Source: Klebsormidium nitens (taxonomy: Eukaryota > Plantae > Klebsormidiophyceae). From it: DNA of 64,000 bases. Below, piece by piece: positions 14,115-26,397 of the stretch. The notes beneath the pieces were generated by a model that worked only from the letters and a program-made list of their open reading frames with translations, searched no databases and had not been told where the DNA came from. A program made the translations under genes and the position numbers. Positions within the stretch are counted from its first letter, which is position 1. Every line of letters starts with the position of its first letter. The stretch spans positions 27,753-91,752 of the forward strand of contig DF237090.1 of assembly GCA_000708835.1 (NCBI GenBank). Reading direction: 5' to 3'.

Positions 14115-15472
14115 GCTAACAGATGAGAGCAGTTTCGAGAAAAACTCTGGGGACCGTGCTGGCTGCGTTCCTGCTGAGATCATTGCTTGCTTAAAGAAGC
14201 TTTGTACATATGCCCAATGGGAAGTTGCCGGGGTGGATTCGGCTAGCAAAGGTGGGCTTGTAACGAAGCGTCGGACATTGATCTCGAGAGTGGAAAGGCT
14301 ACGAAGGACTGATTGACAGTATATATGATGACGTGACCAGACGGTCAACAGAGAGATCCAACCAGATTGTCGGATCGATTACACGATTTCCCCATACATT
14401 GCCAGCTCAGTGGATCCTAACATGTCAAGAAGCTTAGTTGACCAAGGTTGAGTGACAAACTCGTAGATGATTACCGGAACAAACTAGAATATAGAACAAC
14501 AGGTAATCGCGTCAGGTCCATTCACGCGACTTGGGCGGGATCTACTGGAGCAGGGCGGCCGGTAGTGGGCCGAGTTTAGGGTGTTACATCATGGACTTCG
14601 CCTGTATTCGCCTGCATGACAATCTGCCGCGCGCAACCTTTGCTCGTGTTGTATCTTCTCAATATAGTCGCTCTGTGTGGACGGTGCCAGTAATGAGTGT
14701 ATAAGTACAGGCCCATGGCGCGCCTTTAGTACGATCCTTTCGAACATTGCGAATACGACTACCTACAGCCAGCTAGCCGGCAGTTTCAGATTGCCAGACG
14801 GCCGGAGTGACAAGTGCGCGAAGCTTGTTATGTATAAGCACATTAACTATTTTCATTGTCTGTAATGTGGCTTTTGCTGCATGACGCCTAGCTGGGCGGC
14901 AAGTGAGCATCAGGGTTATGCATTGCCGAAATAACAGCAGCATGCTCCAGATCCGCACGATATCGATAAACTCTTCACGATACGATTGCCGGAAGCACAT
15001 TCCTTTGAAGTATTCAAGGATTTCTCACCGGCCAACTCAATTGTCAGCTGTTGTTATAGCTTACGGGCCCCCTTCACATAGAAGTGCATGTGGTCGACTG
15101 CATGTGCATTCGATCAGGAGAGCGGACTCGCTTAATACACCTCGCCTCGAGTTAGAAATCGCCTGATTTGACGCTTCCCACAATAGGCAGCGATTGAGCT
15201 CTGCTCCCAAGATGTCAGCCTGTTTCTTATTGACTTTGCCAAACCTACATCCGTTTCTGTAAAGCTTCCAGAATTCACCTGACCCCTCTAGCAAAGGCTC
15301 GCTCTAGCCCTTCGTCGTCCTCCCCAGATTTCAGCGGTTCGCGTCCCGCTCCGACTGGTATGAAGCCGACGCCTACTTCTGCCGGTCAGATACGCTGAGT
15401 CTATCTCTGGAGGGGTAGATAATAAGGAGTCGAGTAAGGGTACGACCCCCCAGCTTGTCCGGGATAGTAACT

Positions 15473-16421
15473 CTAGGGAGCCTGTGTTCCAGACGGATAC
15501 GGCGCCCCCGGGAACTGTGCCGGAAACTGCGCCGGATAGGCCGCCTGGTCTTGCGTGACGTGAGGCCCGCCTGTGCCGTGATTCTGCTGCTGCTGCTGCT
15601 GTAGAAGGACAACGTGCAGGAAACAATCAGCCCCGAGACATATCCTGAAACGCCTAACACTTTGTGGACGGTTTGTCTCTTTCTTGGCTGAGCTGGAGCG
15701 TTGCTTGGGAGAGGAGAACTGCTGCCACAAAGGGTACGAAGCGAATTTGCCTTGTCTAGAGGAACAATGAGCAGTTGGAACATTTACTTGCGCAAGAACT
15801 CTGCAGAACTCCGCAAGGAGCTGACGTTGTTTTCGAAAGCAACCCGACCCGGGCCGGGACCGCGCTTTCAGAGAGGTCAACGCCGACGAGATTATCATAG
15901 CTTGACCTTACATGGCACGAAACCGCAAGCCCGAGGAGCCCATTTGTAGATTTGATAAGATTCTATCCTGCCCACAGAAAGAAGCGTCTTGCGCCTCGAG
16001 AGGGATCGGGACTTCTATCGTTCCTCTCAAGCTTTACCGCCAGTCCCAGAAAAGAAAACGAGTTTGACATAGCAGCCAGAACGACGCAAGCTCTCGTCAG
16101 AAGCTGATGTGAGTTTGAGGCCCTGGAAAGACGCGCGCCCAGAACCAGTAATGCATGCGAGTCTTTCAGAGCCGCACGAGCCGATCTCGTGACACAAACA
16201 CTCTTATGCATGGCAAGTCCGTATACATACGGCCGCGCCACTCACTTGCTGCTGCCTCATCTGCGTTTGGAACTCCTCTTCCTCCTTTTTTTCTCCTTGT
16301 GATGGTGATGACGCGCGGCCGCGGTGGCGCCGACGGCCGCGACTTCGACGACGCCACGCAACGGGTTGAACTTCTGTGGACCTTCCTCGTCGGAGGAGCT
16401 AGAGTCGTCGCGACCGAACAT
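15473..16421 (-). pseudogene. Small His/Gln/Pro-rich protein, paralogue B; 1-nt frameshift in an A7 run (pseudogene or assembly error)
   Basis: Exon 1 (16246-16421) is 176 nt and reads MFGRDDSSSSDEE...VAAVGATAAARHHHHKEKK. Adding one A at the T7 run 16286-16292 gives ...KEEEEFQTQMRQQQ in phase 0 with a GTGAGT donor. Exon 2 (15473-15598) reads QQQQQNHG...AAYPAQFPAQFPGAPYPSGTQAP*. Confidence 0.7.
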
Positions 16422-17430
16422 GCTTGCTGAAGTCTGAAAGAAGCGGGCCAGGGAGAGGCAGCTTGAATCCGTGAAACAGCGTCAGCTAGAGAAGCGGGTT
16501 GAAAAGTTTCGATGAGGACGCAAGGCGATCGCGGATTGATGCGAAAAGCTTGGCGATCTCGTGAAGGTTCAAACGCTTGCGGCTCTTTAAATCAACAATG
16601 TGACTTGATAGACCTCTGTCGGCCAGAAGAGAGACGCCAGGTCGGAAACGTTCAGCGGCGCATGGTGGGACGCATCAGACAACCTTAGAGATATTGTCGC
16701 GTCGACAAAGCCAGAGTTCAGATTCGAGACTCGGAGCGCCAAGGACGGGACTCCGTTCCAGAGTCGAAGAGGAGAACCAGAGTATGGTGCTATCTGAGAT
16801 AATGCTATGTCGAACGGCCAGTCACATGCACGCCCTCAAAACTTGATATAATGTCAACGGGAACATCAAATCGCCGTTTGATCTGCCGATGCTGCCCGGG
16901 CCTCGAGTATGCTTCATTTTCAGACACCGAGGAGATCTTTGCCAGGTCAGCAATATAGTAGTACGGCCGCAATTCTGCGTAGCGATCAATTGTAAGCCGG
17001 CTTCGTTAACGTTCTGCCTGAACGTTTTCTCTTGAGTTTTTGAACGGATGGTCTTCCAACCGTAAGAATTTTTCCGTCGCTCTACCCGAGTGTATCCACC
17101 AGCACTAAGATTAGATTCTGACAAAATCACTGTGACGTATCGTGCTGTCCGGAGACAAGGTCAGGTGGTGCAAACCAGGAAGCTTCAAGGCATGACAACA
17201 CTGAGTAGCGGGGCGTTCAGCCTCCGTGCTTTAGCAACGTACGTAGCCGGAGGCGCGGCTTTCCTTTTCGCAAAACAAAAGGAGCACTCTCACAGAATTC
17301 TCACGCTCTCCTCGAGTTGAGGCCATAGGTTGCTGTCACCACAATTTGTGCCGCTGCTGAACAGGCTCCCTCGTCTTAACCCCGAGCGCCTCCATCGACT
17401 CTTCCCCTTCGACTCTCAGCGTCTGCAAGC

Positions 17431-18762
17431 ATGCCTCTCGGAACATTTGGGAGGATCGCGGTCGCGAAGCACATTCACGACAAGAGGAAGGACGACGACT
17501 CTTCCTCCTCGGACGATGAGAAGCGTGGGCTTGGCCCGGTGGGGAAGGTCGCGGCGGTGGGGGCTATTCACCATCGCCGCGAGGAACATGATCGGGAACT
17601 AGGCCCGGTTGGAAAGGTGGCAGCGGCTGGGGCGATGCATCACCACCGGGAGGAGGAGAAAGAAGAGGAACAGATGAAGCGGCAGCAGGTGGGGCTTGAC
17701 TAAAGGATGGAGTTTGATGGGTGTGTGCGCGCGCAGAAAGCATGTGCGCGGCACCTCTCTTTCATATCTCGTTCCTTTGACAGGTGCTTCGTACCTCTTT
17801 AGCTAGAGTAGATATCAGATGTTGCTGCGAAAGGAGCGGGACACCCACCTATATCTTCTTCGCTGCTTAGTTTCAAGTTGCTTAGTTTCAAGTGTGTCAC
17901 CTTCAAAGTCTCTGGGCATTGTTAAAACTTCCAGAGCAGCAGCCTTCTTCGAGGAGATCATTCTTGTGAGTGATTCTAGAGCGGCGGGTTTGATTTGTTG
18001 TTCATGCGAAGCTTATTTTGCCACAATTTCTCTACCAACATGTTTTCAACCTCGCCTCGTCTCCGTTTTGGTAGATTGAGATAATTACGTGCGTGGGAAT
18101 GTTGTGGCAGAGGCCCAAAACGGATTAATAGAAGAGCCCATTGGACGTTCAGCATTCATAATTCAGAAGATGTTCAGGGACATTGATTACTGCCCGCCAC
18201 GAGCAAATTTAGATCCAAAGTCCAGGGTTTGTTGCGCAAAGTTTCTCCGTTAGAAAGATCTGCTCCTCCTCGACTTGAATTTGCCGGGGATCAAGGAAAC
18301 GCTTCGCATTCCTGCTTTTGGTTGTTTCTCTTCTTGCGTCCTCGCATTCAAGGCTGACAAGCACTAAACAAAAAACTGGATCAATTCTAGCTTCGAACAT
18401 ACAAACAAACCCAGGTGGCATCGAAATTTTGCATATCTTCCAATCTTGAAACTGGACGCCGCAAGCGGGGATACTTTTATCTTCGCAAGAGTGCTTGCGT
18501 AATCGCTTGGATGCCTGTAGCAGTAACATGCACGGCTGTGAAGTTTGACGATCCCTGACAAACTAAGCTCTTTTGCTTACAGCAGCAGCAGCAGGCGGCT
18601 TACGCGGCGGGACAACAGGCGGCCTACTATCCGCAGCAGCCCGGCTATCCGGCCCAGTACCCTGCCGGGGTCGCCCCCAGCCCAGCTTACCCGGCTGGGT
18701 ATCCCGCTCAGAGCGTTCCTGGACCGTACCCATACTCGACACCATACCCACCCCCTAAATAG
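17431..18762 (+). CDS. Small His/Gln/Pro/Tyr-rich intrinsically disordered protein, paralogue A (~145 aa)
   Basis: Exon 1 (17431-17688) is MPLGTFGR...DDDSSSSDDEK, two copies of LGPVGKVAAxGAxHHxREE, then EEEQMKRQQ. Exon 2 (18583-18762) is QQQQAAYAAGQQAAYYPQQPGYPAQYPAG...YPYSTPYPPPK*. The phase-0 GT-AG intron is at the same position as in paralogue B. Confidence 0.8.
17864..17893. repeat. 15-bp perfect tandem duplication in the intron of paralogue A
   Basis: TGCTTAGTTTCAAGT occurs twice in tandem. Confidence 0.85.
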
Positions 18763-20376
18763 GCAGCCACTTTACGGACTTGAGTAAATAAAGAGCTGCC
18801 GTCCGTTAGCGGTTGAATGGCTGTATAGGCGCAGACATTTTTTTCGGGGTCTTTCGATCAACGTTTGTGTGGGATGAGCTCAGGAAAGCGGCTCGCAGAG
18901 CTGGTTAGCTTTGGCGAGCACGGAACACGTCTTCATGCAGCGCGCACATGCTGCGGCATGGCTTAGGAACGGACTTCTCCAATAATCTTCAAAACTGGTC
19001 CCTTCTGAAGTTTGCCTTCACGTTTGCGATATCGAGTCCGTTTACATTGGCATGGATGCCATTTTATGAGCAGCATATATCGCAGTCGAGTAGAAATCAT
19101 GCGCATGACGTTATAAGCAAAGATTAAATGTTACTCCACAGAAAAGTTGCTCTGCTGCTGAGTTCACTAAACTGCAGTACACATCTAGCTTTCTACGCGA
19201 ACCCGTCGCCTGTTTTAAGGCCCCTGTCCTGGAACACGCATTGCGCGCTGCCAGGATCTGACAACCGAACTTACAAGCGATAGCTATGGACAGAGAAACG
19301 TCCACTCCGGCCTACCGTAACACGGAGTCAAGTTGTTTTCGTATCCTGCATAACACGTTACGTTCGATGTACAGACCGTCATAGAGCCTGCTTTTTTGCG
19401 AGATCCAATCCGTTAAGTAATCAGGCCGGCGCGCCGGACGGTCTAACGGAGGCAATCTCATGCAAGACGGTCATCCACGCCGCATAAGGCGTGCCTAGCT
19501 TCAATATTACCTATCTTAGATGTGCGAGTCAAAGCTGCGCATATAAAAACCTGCGCGCGTACTAATTGTGGTCTTCAACCTGTTCTGCACCACGGGTTCA
19601 ATATATGCACGAGCTTTCCGGCATGTGGGCTCGACTGGCTGGGGGCTGCATGGCTCTAGCTGAGAATCGCGGTTTTGCGGACTCCCGGAGATCTTGGTTT
19701 TTGCAGATGTGATCGATCTTTTTGAATCGCGATGGGAGCATTGAAGACCATGTTCGCTTTCGCCTCTAGACTCCCTAAAGTTCTTGAATGCAAACACGCG
19801 TGAACACGTTTGCTTTCCAAATCGATCGCGGATCATTCAAAGATTATATTCGAGCTTACCGCCACGTACTGAGGGCGGCCGCAAGTCGCTGAACAGCTAT
19901 TGATGCCAAGCAGCTGCTAACATACGGGTTAGTACCACGATGATGCATGAATGTGAGGTGCCACGCACTTCTGCCAGCGTTTAGTTGAGCGTTCGCATGG
20001 CAGCCAACCACTGGGCCACTTGAACTTAGAAAACGACAGAGCTAGGAATTGGCTGTCTATGTGATACAAAATGCTGGGCCCCTAATGCATGAGTGTCCTT
20101 GGTTATTTGAGACAGAGGGACTGCGTCCCGTCAAGGTCTTGCAGTAATAGTATCACTTACTATACAAGGGAGTTGACTGTGTCTATGCTGCATTTCTACA
20201 AGGAACACGTGCTTGTGATGTCTTCGTCAACTCCCTGCATTGCGAGCACGGAATATGTCCAACTCGGTTCCACAAGCAGAGATTTCTAGTTAATCATCAG
20301 CTCATTGAGACAGAACGGTGTTCGGAACCACCCCTCTCCAAGTAACGTCCATTGGCACCATATCCACGGGGACTGG

Positions 20377-23300
20377 TCAATCATCCCCGGAACCCCCAGT
20401 TGCGACTCCTTGCTGCCTCATGCTCTCGTAATCTGCGCGCAAAACCAGATTGGATGAGCCTCGCCGCAGTTGTACAGTGCAAGCTGATACAGGTGAGGCA
20501 ATTGGTTGCGTTTGATTAAGCTAGCTTCCTGGGCGCCAGCATGCTTCACAACAAGGCCCGAAGCACCTTCCCCAATGTAACAACTGCAGCGGACAATTAT
20601 GTCGCAGAAGACAAAGGGTTGAGAAGCGAATCGAACACAAGCACCAATCCTGCGTGTCGTTCAAGCAGTACAAGCTCGGCCGCTCGCGCAACTTACCTGG
20701 GTCGTCAGTGGGCAGCTGCAAGCGGCAGAGGGGGCACGAGTTGCGGACGTCCAGCCAGGGGTGAAGACAGTCCGCGTGGAACAGGTGGCGGCACGGCATG
20801 CGCAGCACCTCGATGCGGGCCTCCAGAACGCTCCTGGAACCAGGTGGAAGCAGCAAGTAAGATGCTGATAGGTGGAGTCAAAGTCGGACCCTGAAACACG
20901 CATGGTCGGGTCGCTCCTGAAGCGGGGGGGCTGAGTTACGGAAGCAGGACACCGTTAGAAGCCGCTACCTGACCAGACTCGGTTCTTCTGGATTCTGATT
21001 GCCCAAAAACGAGAACACTCTCTCTTACGCAAAAGCTTTTCAAGCGGTGTATCCTAGTCGTCTCAGGCAGAACGGGCCACGCTCAGCAGGAAGAGACAGC
21101 AAACAAAAGCGGCAGAATCGAGTGAAGGGTTGCTGACAGTATTCAGACAGTGACTCAGAAGGCGCCGGGGCCCGCTTACCTGCAGACCGAGCAACTTTCT
21201 TCGCCGGGCTCCTCTGGCATTGTCACTTTCTCTAGGGCTTGTACGGCGGCCCTAGACGCCGGCGGGGGCCACTGCGGGTGTGCGCCGGCCCCCAGCATGG
21301 CCATGACTTGGTCCAGGTTCTCGTCTACTGCAAGGGGAGGATGCTGCTCAAATGAAATAGGGAAGGAAAGACGAGAATAAACGGACGCGGTGGACGGAGA
21401 ATGACGACGTAGATGCTGAGACAGTTGAGTCAGACTTAAGCAATGGTGGCAGGAAGCGACGGGCAAGACCGGTGGGGACGCTTGGCACAACCAGAAGGAT
21501 CGGGAATGGTAGTTGCATCTTTCGAGCTTGAAGGGGGAAATCGAGCTGATGGAACATCAAGTTGCTCTAATCTACATGATCGTCTTGGCGCAGGTCCAAC
21601 TGATACAAGGGGCTGACGGTGGTGCTTTGCAGACGGACAGAAAAGGGACTCAATTGCTCGGGACAGGCTGCCTGCTTCCGACGTTACAACACTGTAACAA
21701 GTCCAATACTTGTTTTGACAAAAGCCAACGTTGGTTTTTAATGTTGCCTTCAAAGCCCACAGTCGAACCCTAGGGCGTTTGCTCTATGTAGCAGTCGCCG
21801 CTCTTAATGCTCAACCTGTTTGTCAGCGCGTCGACTTCGGCAAAACGTGTTTGAACAGAGACTTACGGACGAAGTCTCCAGCGCGAAAAGCCAGGAGGCG
21901 GTTGCGGGCAAAGTCGATCCCGAAAGGTGGGATGCCGCCGCTGCAAAAACCATGGCAAGAAAATCAGGAAGGCATGCAGGAGTAATAAGAATTTAGTCAA
22001 TGAACCACTTTCCTCTCCAATTCGAAAGCTGGACCTGGGAGTCTATCTCACTTCAATGTGGCTAGGCCAATGCCCCAGGATTGCTTGACTTGAATAATGG
22101 GGATGGAATACGAGACTCTCTATCTCATCCAGAAAAGGGTCCCTTGAAGAGCATCTCTTTGTGTTCGTTCCACCCAAGATCACTATGGCCTTTTCTAATA
22201 GCAGCTTTGGTTGGCCGCCATCATAAAAGATCTGGAATTCAGGCACCTAGCTTGAAAAGCCACGGCCCGAAGTCACCTCGCTCCAAGATCCCGACTTTCT
22301 AAGCAAAGAGCGCGGTTGAGCTTACAATTGCACGGCCATCTGCACGCCCGCTCCAAAATTCGTTGGGCCCCCGTAAAAAGCCAAGCCCCCCGGCGGGAAA
22401 AGCCCGCCCCGGCGGGCCGCCCGCGCAGGGCGAGGGGTGCGCTCTCCATCCTCTTCGTCGTCTTCATCGTGATCAGAGCCAGAAGACTGCAAGTTTAAAA
22501 TACAATATTTTGAAGCGTCCCAACCTTTCAAGAGCAAGGCTGCCTCAATTGTTTTCAGATTCAAGCAAAGGCACCAGGGCGCGCTTGACACCTGCCAGAC
22601 GAAAATATAGGATGACTACAACGTTCGTTCTTCCTGGGGCCGCAAACTAGCAGGCTTCTTGAGTTCCAAAATGACAGTTGAGAGGGTCCAAAACGCTCTT
22701 GCTGTAGCCAGAAACTAGACAAGAGGACCCTCAGCGCTTTGACCAAACCTCGGCAATGCTTTCGAAACCATCCCGTGCTTCCCAGGAAGCAAACCCAGCC
22801 AGGAAAGCAAAAGCGTTTACAAATCATCAGAGCCCATTTCTGCTCAAGCAGGATTCAGTCATTTCGAGGCTAACAGAGTCCACGAAGCTGCAGAAGAGCT
22901 ATCACAGGCGGGCAGGAGAGGCCCCTCGTCCTCACCGCTGAGTCTGGGAGCAGGTCGGGCATGTCCGCGTACTCGTCCTCCTCGCCATCGCTGTTCAAAA
23001 GAGGTGGCAGGTCATCATCGTCGTCGTCTTCTTCCCCCTCATCTTCCTCGTCAGTTTCATCATCCTCGTCCTCAGCGCTCAACAGATCAGGAACATCATC
23101 ATCGTCTCGCTCCACCCCACCAGAAGGGGATCCCCGGCCACCTCTTTGCGTCGCCAAACCAGCCCGTGGCGCTCTTGCTGTGCTAACTGCTGCTCGCATG
23201 GGCCCCAGAGGCAGGAAAAGCGTCCCCCCAGCACTTCGCTCGTCGTTCGAGGCCCGGTTGGCAGGAGACAGGCGTCGACTCCGTCGCCGGTGGCCCCCGT

Positions 23301-25369
23301 CCTCGTTCTCTGCTGGCTCCGCCACCCTAGCAACTCTGCGGCGGCGTTCGCGGCGCCGGGCCTCTCTCCCCCCGCCCGCAGTGGGGGCGGCTGCCGTACC
23401 CGGCTGGAAGCCCGTTGAGAGGAGGGTGCGCAGGGAGACGGCGGCGCTGCGAAGAGCGGACACTGCGCCTGACGGATGGAAGTCGGGGGAGAAGACTGGG
23501 CCGTGCGTGCTGTGGGTGCTGCTGTCCTCTTCGTCGTCAGATTCTATAAGGAAGAAGGGACGTATGACCTTGGGTTTGACCATCACAAATGAGTGTTGCG
23601 AGCAATGAAGCAACGGCCTGTGCCGGAGGTGATGGAAGAAATGGCGGTGTGCATGTTGGACGCTATGGTTTCGACGACCAGCAACTGTCAGAGGTTTGTT
23701 CAAATCTACAAGGGGGGCAACAATCAAACACCTCAAAGTAAAAGGGATTCGTACAGGTGGCAGACGACTGCCTATACCACATAACAATGCTGGAAACATT
23801 GATCTGCCAAAGAGCCGCCCAGACTCATCAGAAGAGGGGGCAGCGCTGAAAGATGTAATGCAGCATAGAATTGCACCTCCAACTGATCTTCTGATACTGG
23901 ACGAGCAATGGGGCATCCCCACTTGCACATAGAGCAGAATATACTTGGGACGCCAGATCAGATCAATGACGATCTTCAGAAGGGTGAAAGGGCTGATAAA
24001 GTGGTCAACAGCAATCCAAAAGGAGACTGTTCAAGATCGAATATAAGAACATTCATTTGCACCGCCACTCGTCGGGACATTAACGGTGCAGTCTGTTTGA
24101 ATGCAGAATCACTTCTTTCAGAGAAAGTCATGAGGAAAGTGGACATGAACACTGAGGGTGATTTCAAATTTGAAAATCCAGTCAAGCAACTTAGGAGTTG
24201 ACCACTAGAAATGCTGGGTTTAATGGCAAGCCACAACCTTCCATCAAGTCAATTTCAGAAAAGAATTCTTATTTCTCTTGTCTGTCTTCGGTGCCAGTCA
24301 TAGCTTGATAGCAGGAAGATCTCACTTCTTTGTCTTTCCTCAATCTTAATAAACCCTTAGAAGACAGTGTTTACACCTCCAGCCCACTCAGGAATCCCCA
24401 ACATCCAACAGCATGCACTGTCTGACTTGACCCACCTGCATCGAGCAGGTCCGGAAGCTCATCCCAGTCCTGATCCTCGGTCGCAGGTCTCTCACTCGGG
24501 CTCCTGTGGAGATTAGAACGTCCAGAAGCAGCACTCGCTGTTAGGCCCTCTTGCTGGCCGCCATGGCCAGCCTCCGCAGAAGGGCTTGCGTCAGCAAACG
24601 AGTCACTGTCTGACATGTCAGAACCGAGCGCTGGAAGCGACTCCATTTCTGAATCAACATCCGAATCCATGTCTGACTCAGACTCCCCAACAAGGCCCGG
24701 TGGCTCATCATCTTCGTCCTCAGACTCGCTGAACGCCTCCGGGCCCAGCAATGCTGGTAAATTATCATCCTCAGAGCTACCTGCCGAAGGCAACCCGCTG
24801 TCATTCCCCGAGCTTGTCTCTAATTGACTCCCGGGGTAGCTAGTTTGTTCAACACCCGCAGTGGATGCGTGTTCCAAGGCCATGGGAGCGTTGGTTCCTG
24901 TGGATTGCTCGGGCTCAGCTGCAAGCAGAGTCTCTTCTGCAGAATGGTATGATTGTGAATCATTCTCAATGTTTGGAGAGGGCTCGCCCTGGTAGGACTC
25001 AAAGCCGTGACTGGCTGCCCCTCTATCACAGGCAGCTGCCTGACCCATTCCTGCAACAACTGGCCCCGGTTCTCCATGCCTCTGTTCATTCTGGGGGCAC
25101 GTCCCTTTCGCACTACCTTCCATTTCTACTTTGACAGCTTGCTTCTGCTCCAAAAAGCTGGTACCAGAGTCTGAAGCACCTTCAGTTTGCCTCGAATTTT
25201 CCTGGTTGCTAGAACTACTTAGCCTTTCAGGAAGCCCCGACCCATGCCTGGATAACTGGACCTCTTCCCCACGCTTGCTAGTTGGGTCTCTCAGAAGGGC
25301 GACTGCCAGGCCCACATGCGTTTGAGAAGTTGGCCCTCGCATATGGTGTGCTGCTCCGCCAGCATCCAT
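20377..25369 (-). CDS. RING-H2 E3 ubiquitin ligase (RNF115/RNF126/CIP8-like C-terminus) with a very long acidic disordered N-terminus
   Basis: Seven phase-consistent exons (~24436-25369, 22937-23547, 22324-22487, ~21867-21941, ~21181-21327, ~20694-20835, 20377-~20433). They give the pre-RING motifs GDFVLDENLDQ and [14 protein letters not shown], then C-x2-C...CRHLFHADC...CPLC and LPTDDPDYE. The start codon is uncertain; a short upstream exon (MENLLE, ~25670-25687) is possible. Confidence 0.88.
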
Positions 25370-25720
25370 GGATTTCAAGCGGGCAAGAAAGTGGCTACAT
25401 GGACACCCGCAGGCGGCCCCTCATGTCAAATGCAAAGCAACAAAGCAAGACACCATTGATGTGGCCAGAGTGCTCTCATCATGGAAGATTTCAACACGGG
25501 GGAAAGGCAGGAGAGGGGAAATGCGAACCCTCACCTAGGTAGCATTACGTAATACCGACGATTCAGTCAACAGCAAGCTATACCTCTAGCGGATTCTTCG
25601 GGTTGTGGACGTTATAGAGACAAACCGGCCTGTGGAGACGCAAGCTGACGAGCTTTTTGAGTACCCACCTCGAGCAGGTTTTCCATCACAGTCCCGGCCG
25701 CAGAAAGAGAGAAACTAAGA

Positions 25721-25729
25721 TTAGGGTTT
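25721..25729. promoter_or_regulatory. Telo-box (TTAGGGTTT = reverse complement of AAACCCTAA) in the RING/NBP35 divergent region
   Basis: Exact 9-mer in a short divergent intergenic region. Telo-boxes are established plant promoter/5'UTR elements, but one match can arise by chance. Confidence 0.3.
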
Positions 25730-26397
25730 CGCACCACTGGCACCAGGACTCGAAGCTTTTCACAGTCACTGTTGGCAGTGTCATAGGGTATTCGCACCTA
25801 AAGGATTTCAACTATTCTTGTGGGTCTTTTCTTGCCGCTTTTTTTGTGAAAACAGCCAGAACAGGCAAGAAAAGACCGGTTATTCGCACCGGGCTGTAGT
25901 GTGCTCAATTCTTTTCTGCCCGGCCCAACAGCTATGATCTGACGGCTAGGAATGGCTTTGATTCCCGCACAGGACCGCAATCGGACGGCGTCGATGGTAT
26001 TCAAGCTCGACCGTACGCGGATGGATGGCATAAGCTATGTACCGCACAAGAACCGGCAAGAATAGCCGCCACAAGAAAAAGTTGCCTGTCAATTTTCTTG
26101 CGGCCGAAATGGACAGAATCGGCGAAAACTCGCAAGAAACCCGCGAGAAAAGAACAGATCGGCCGGGAAATGTTAGGTGCGAATACCCTATCAGCGGTTC
26201 CACAATTCACTTCCAGCACCTTCCTGGTTTCGCTTCTTTGCTGACAAGCGCTGAGACAGTCTGAGAGCTTATTTGGTCCGACTTGCCAGCTGATTCAATT
26301 GGAAACAGCGCAGCGCAGGCCAATCAGAGGAGCAACGGAAGAGCTTGGCACTTGCTGCTGTGTCCTTGAAGCAGTCAGCCTTATTGCTTGTGAAAGC

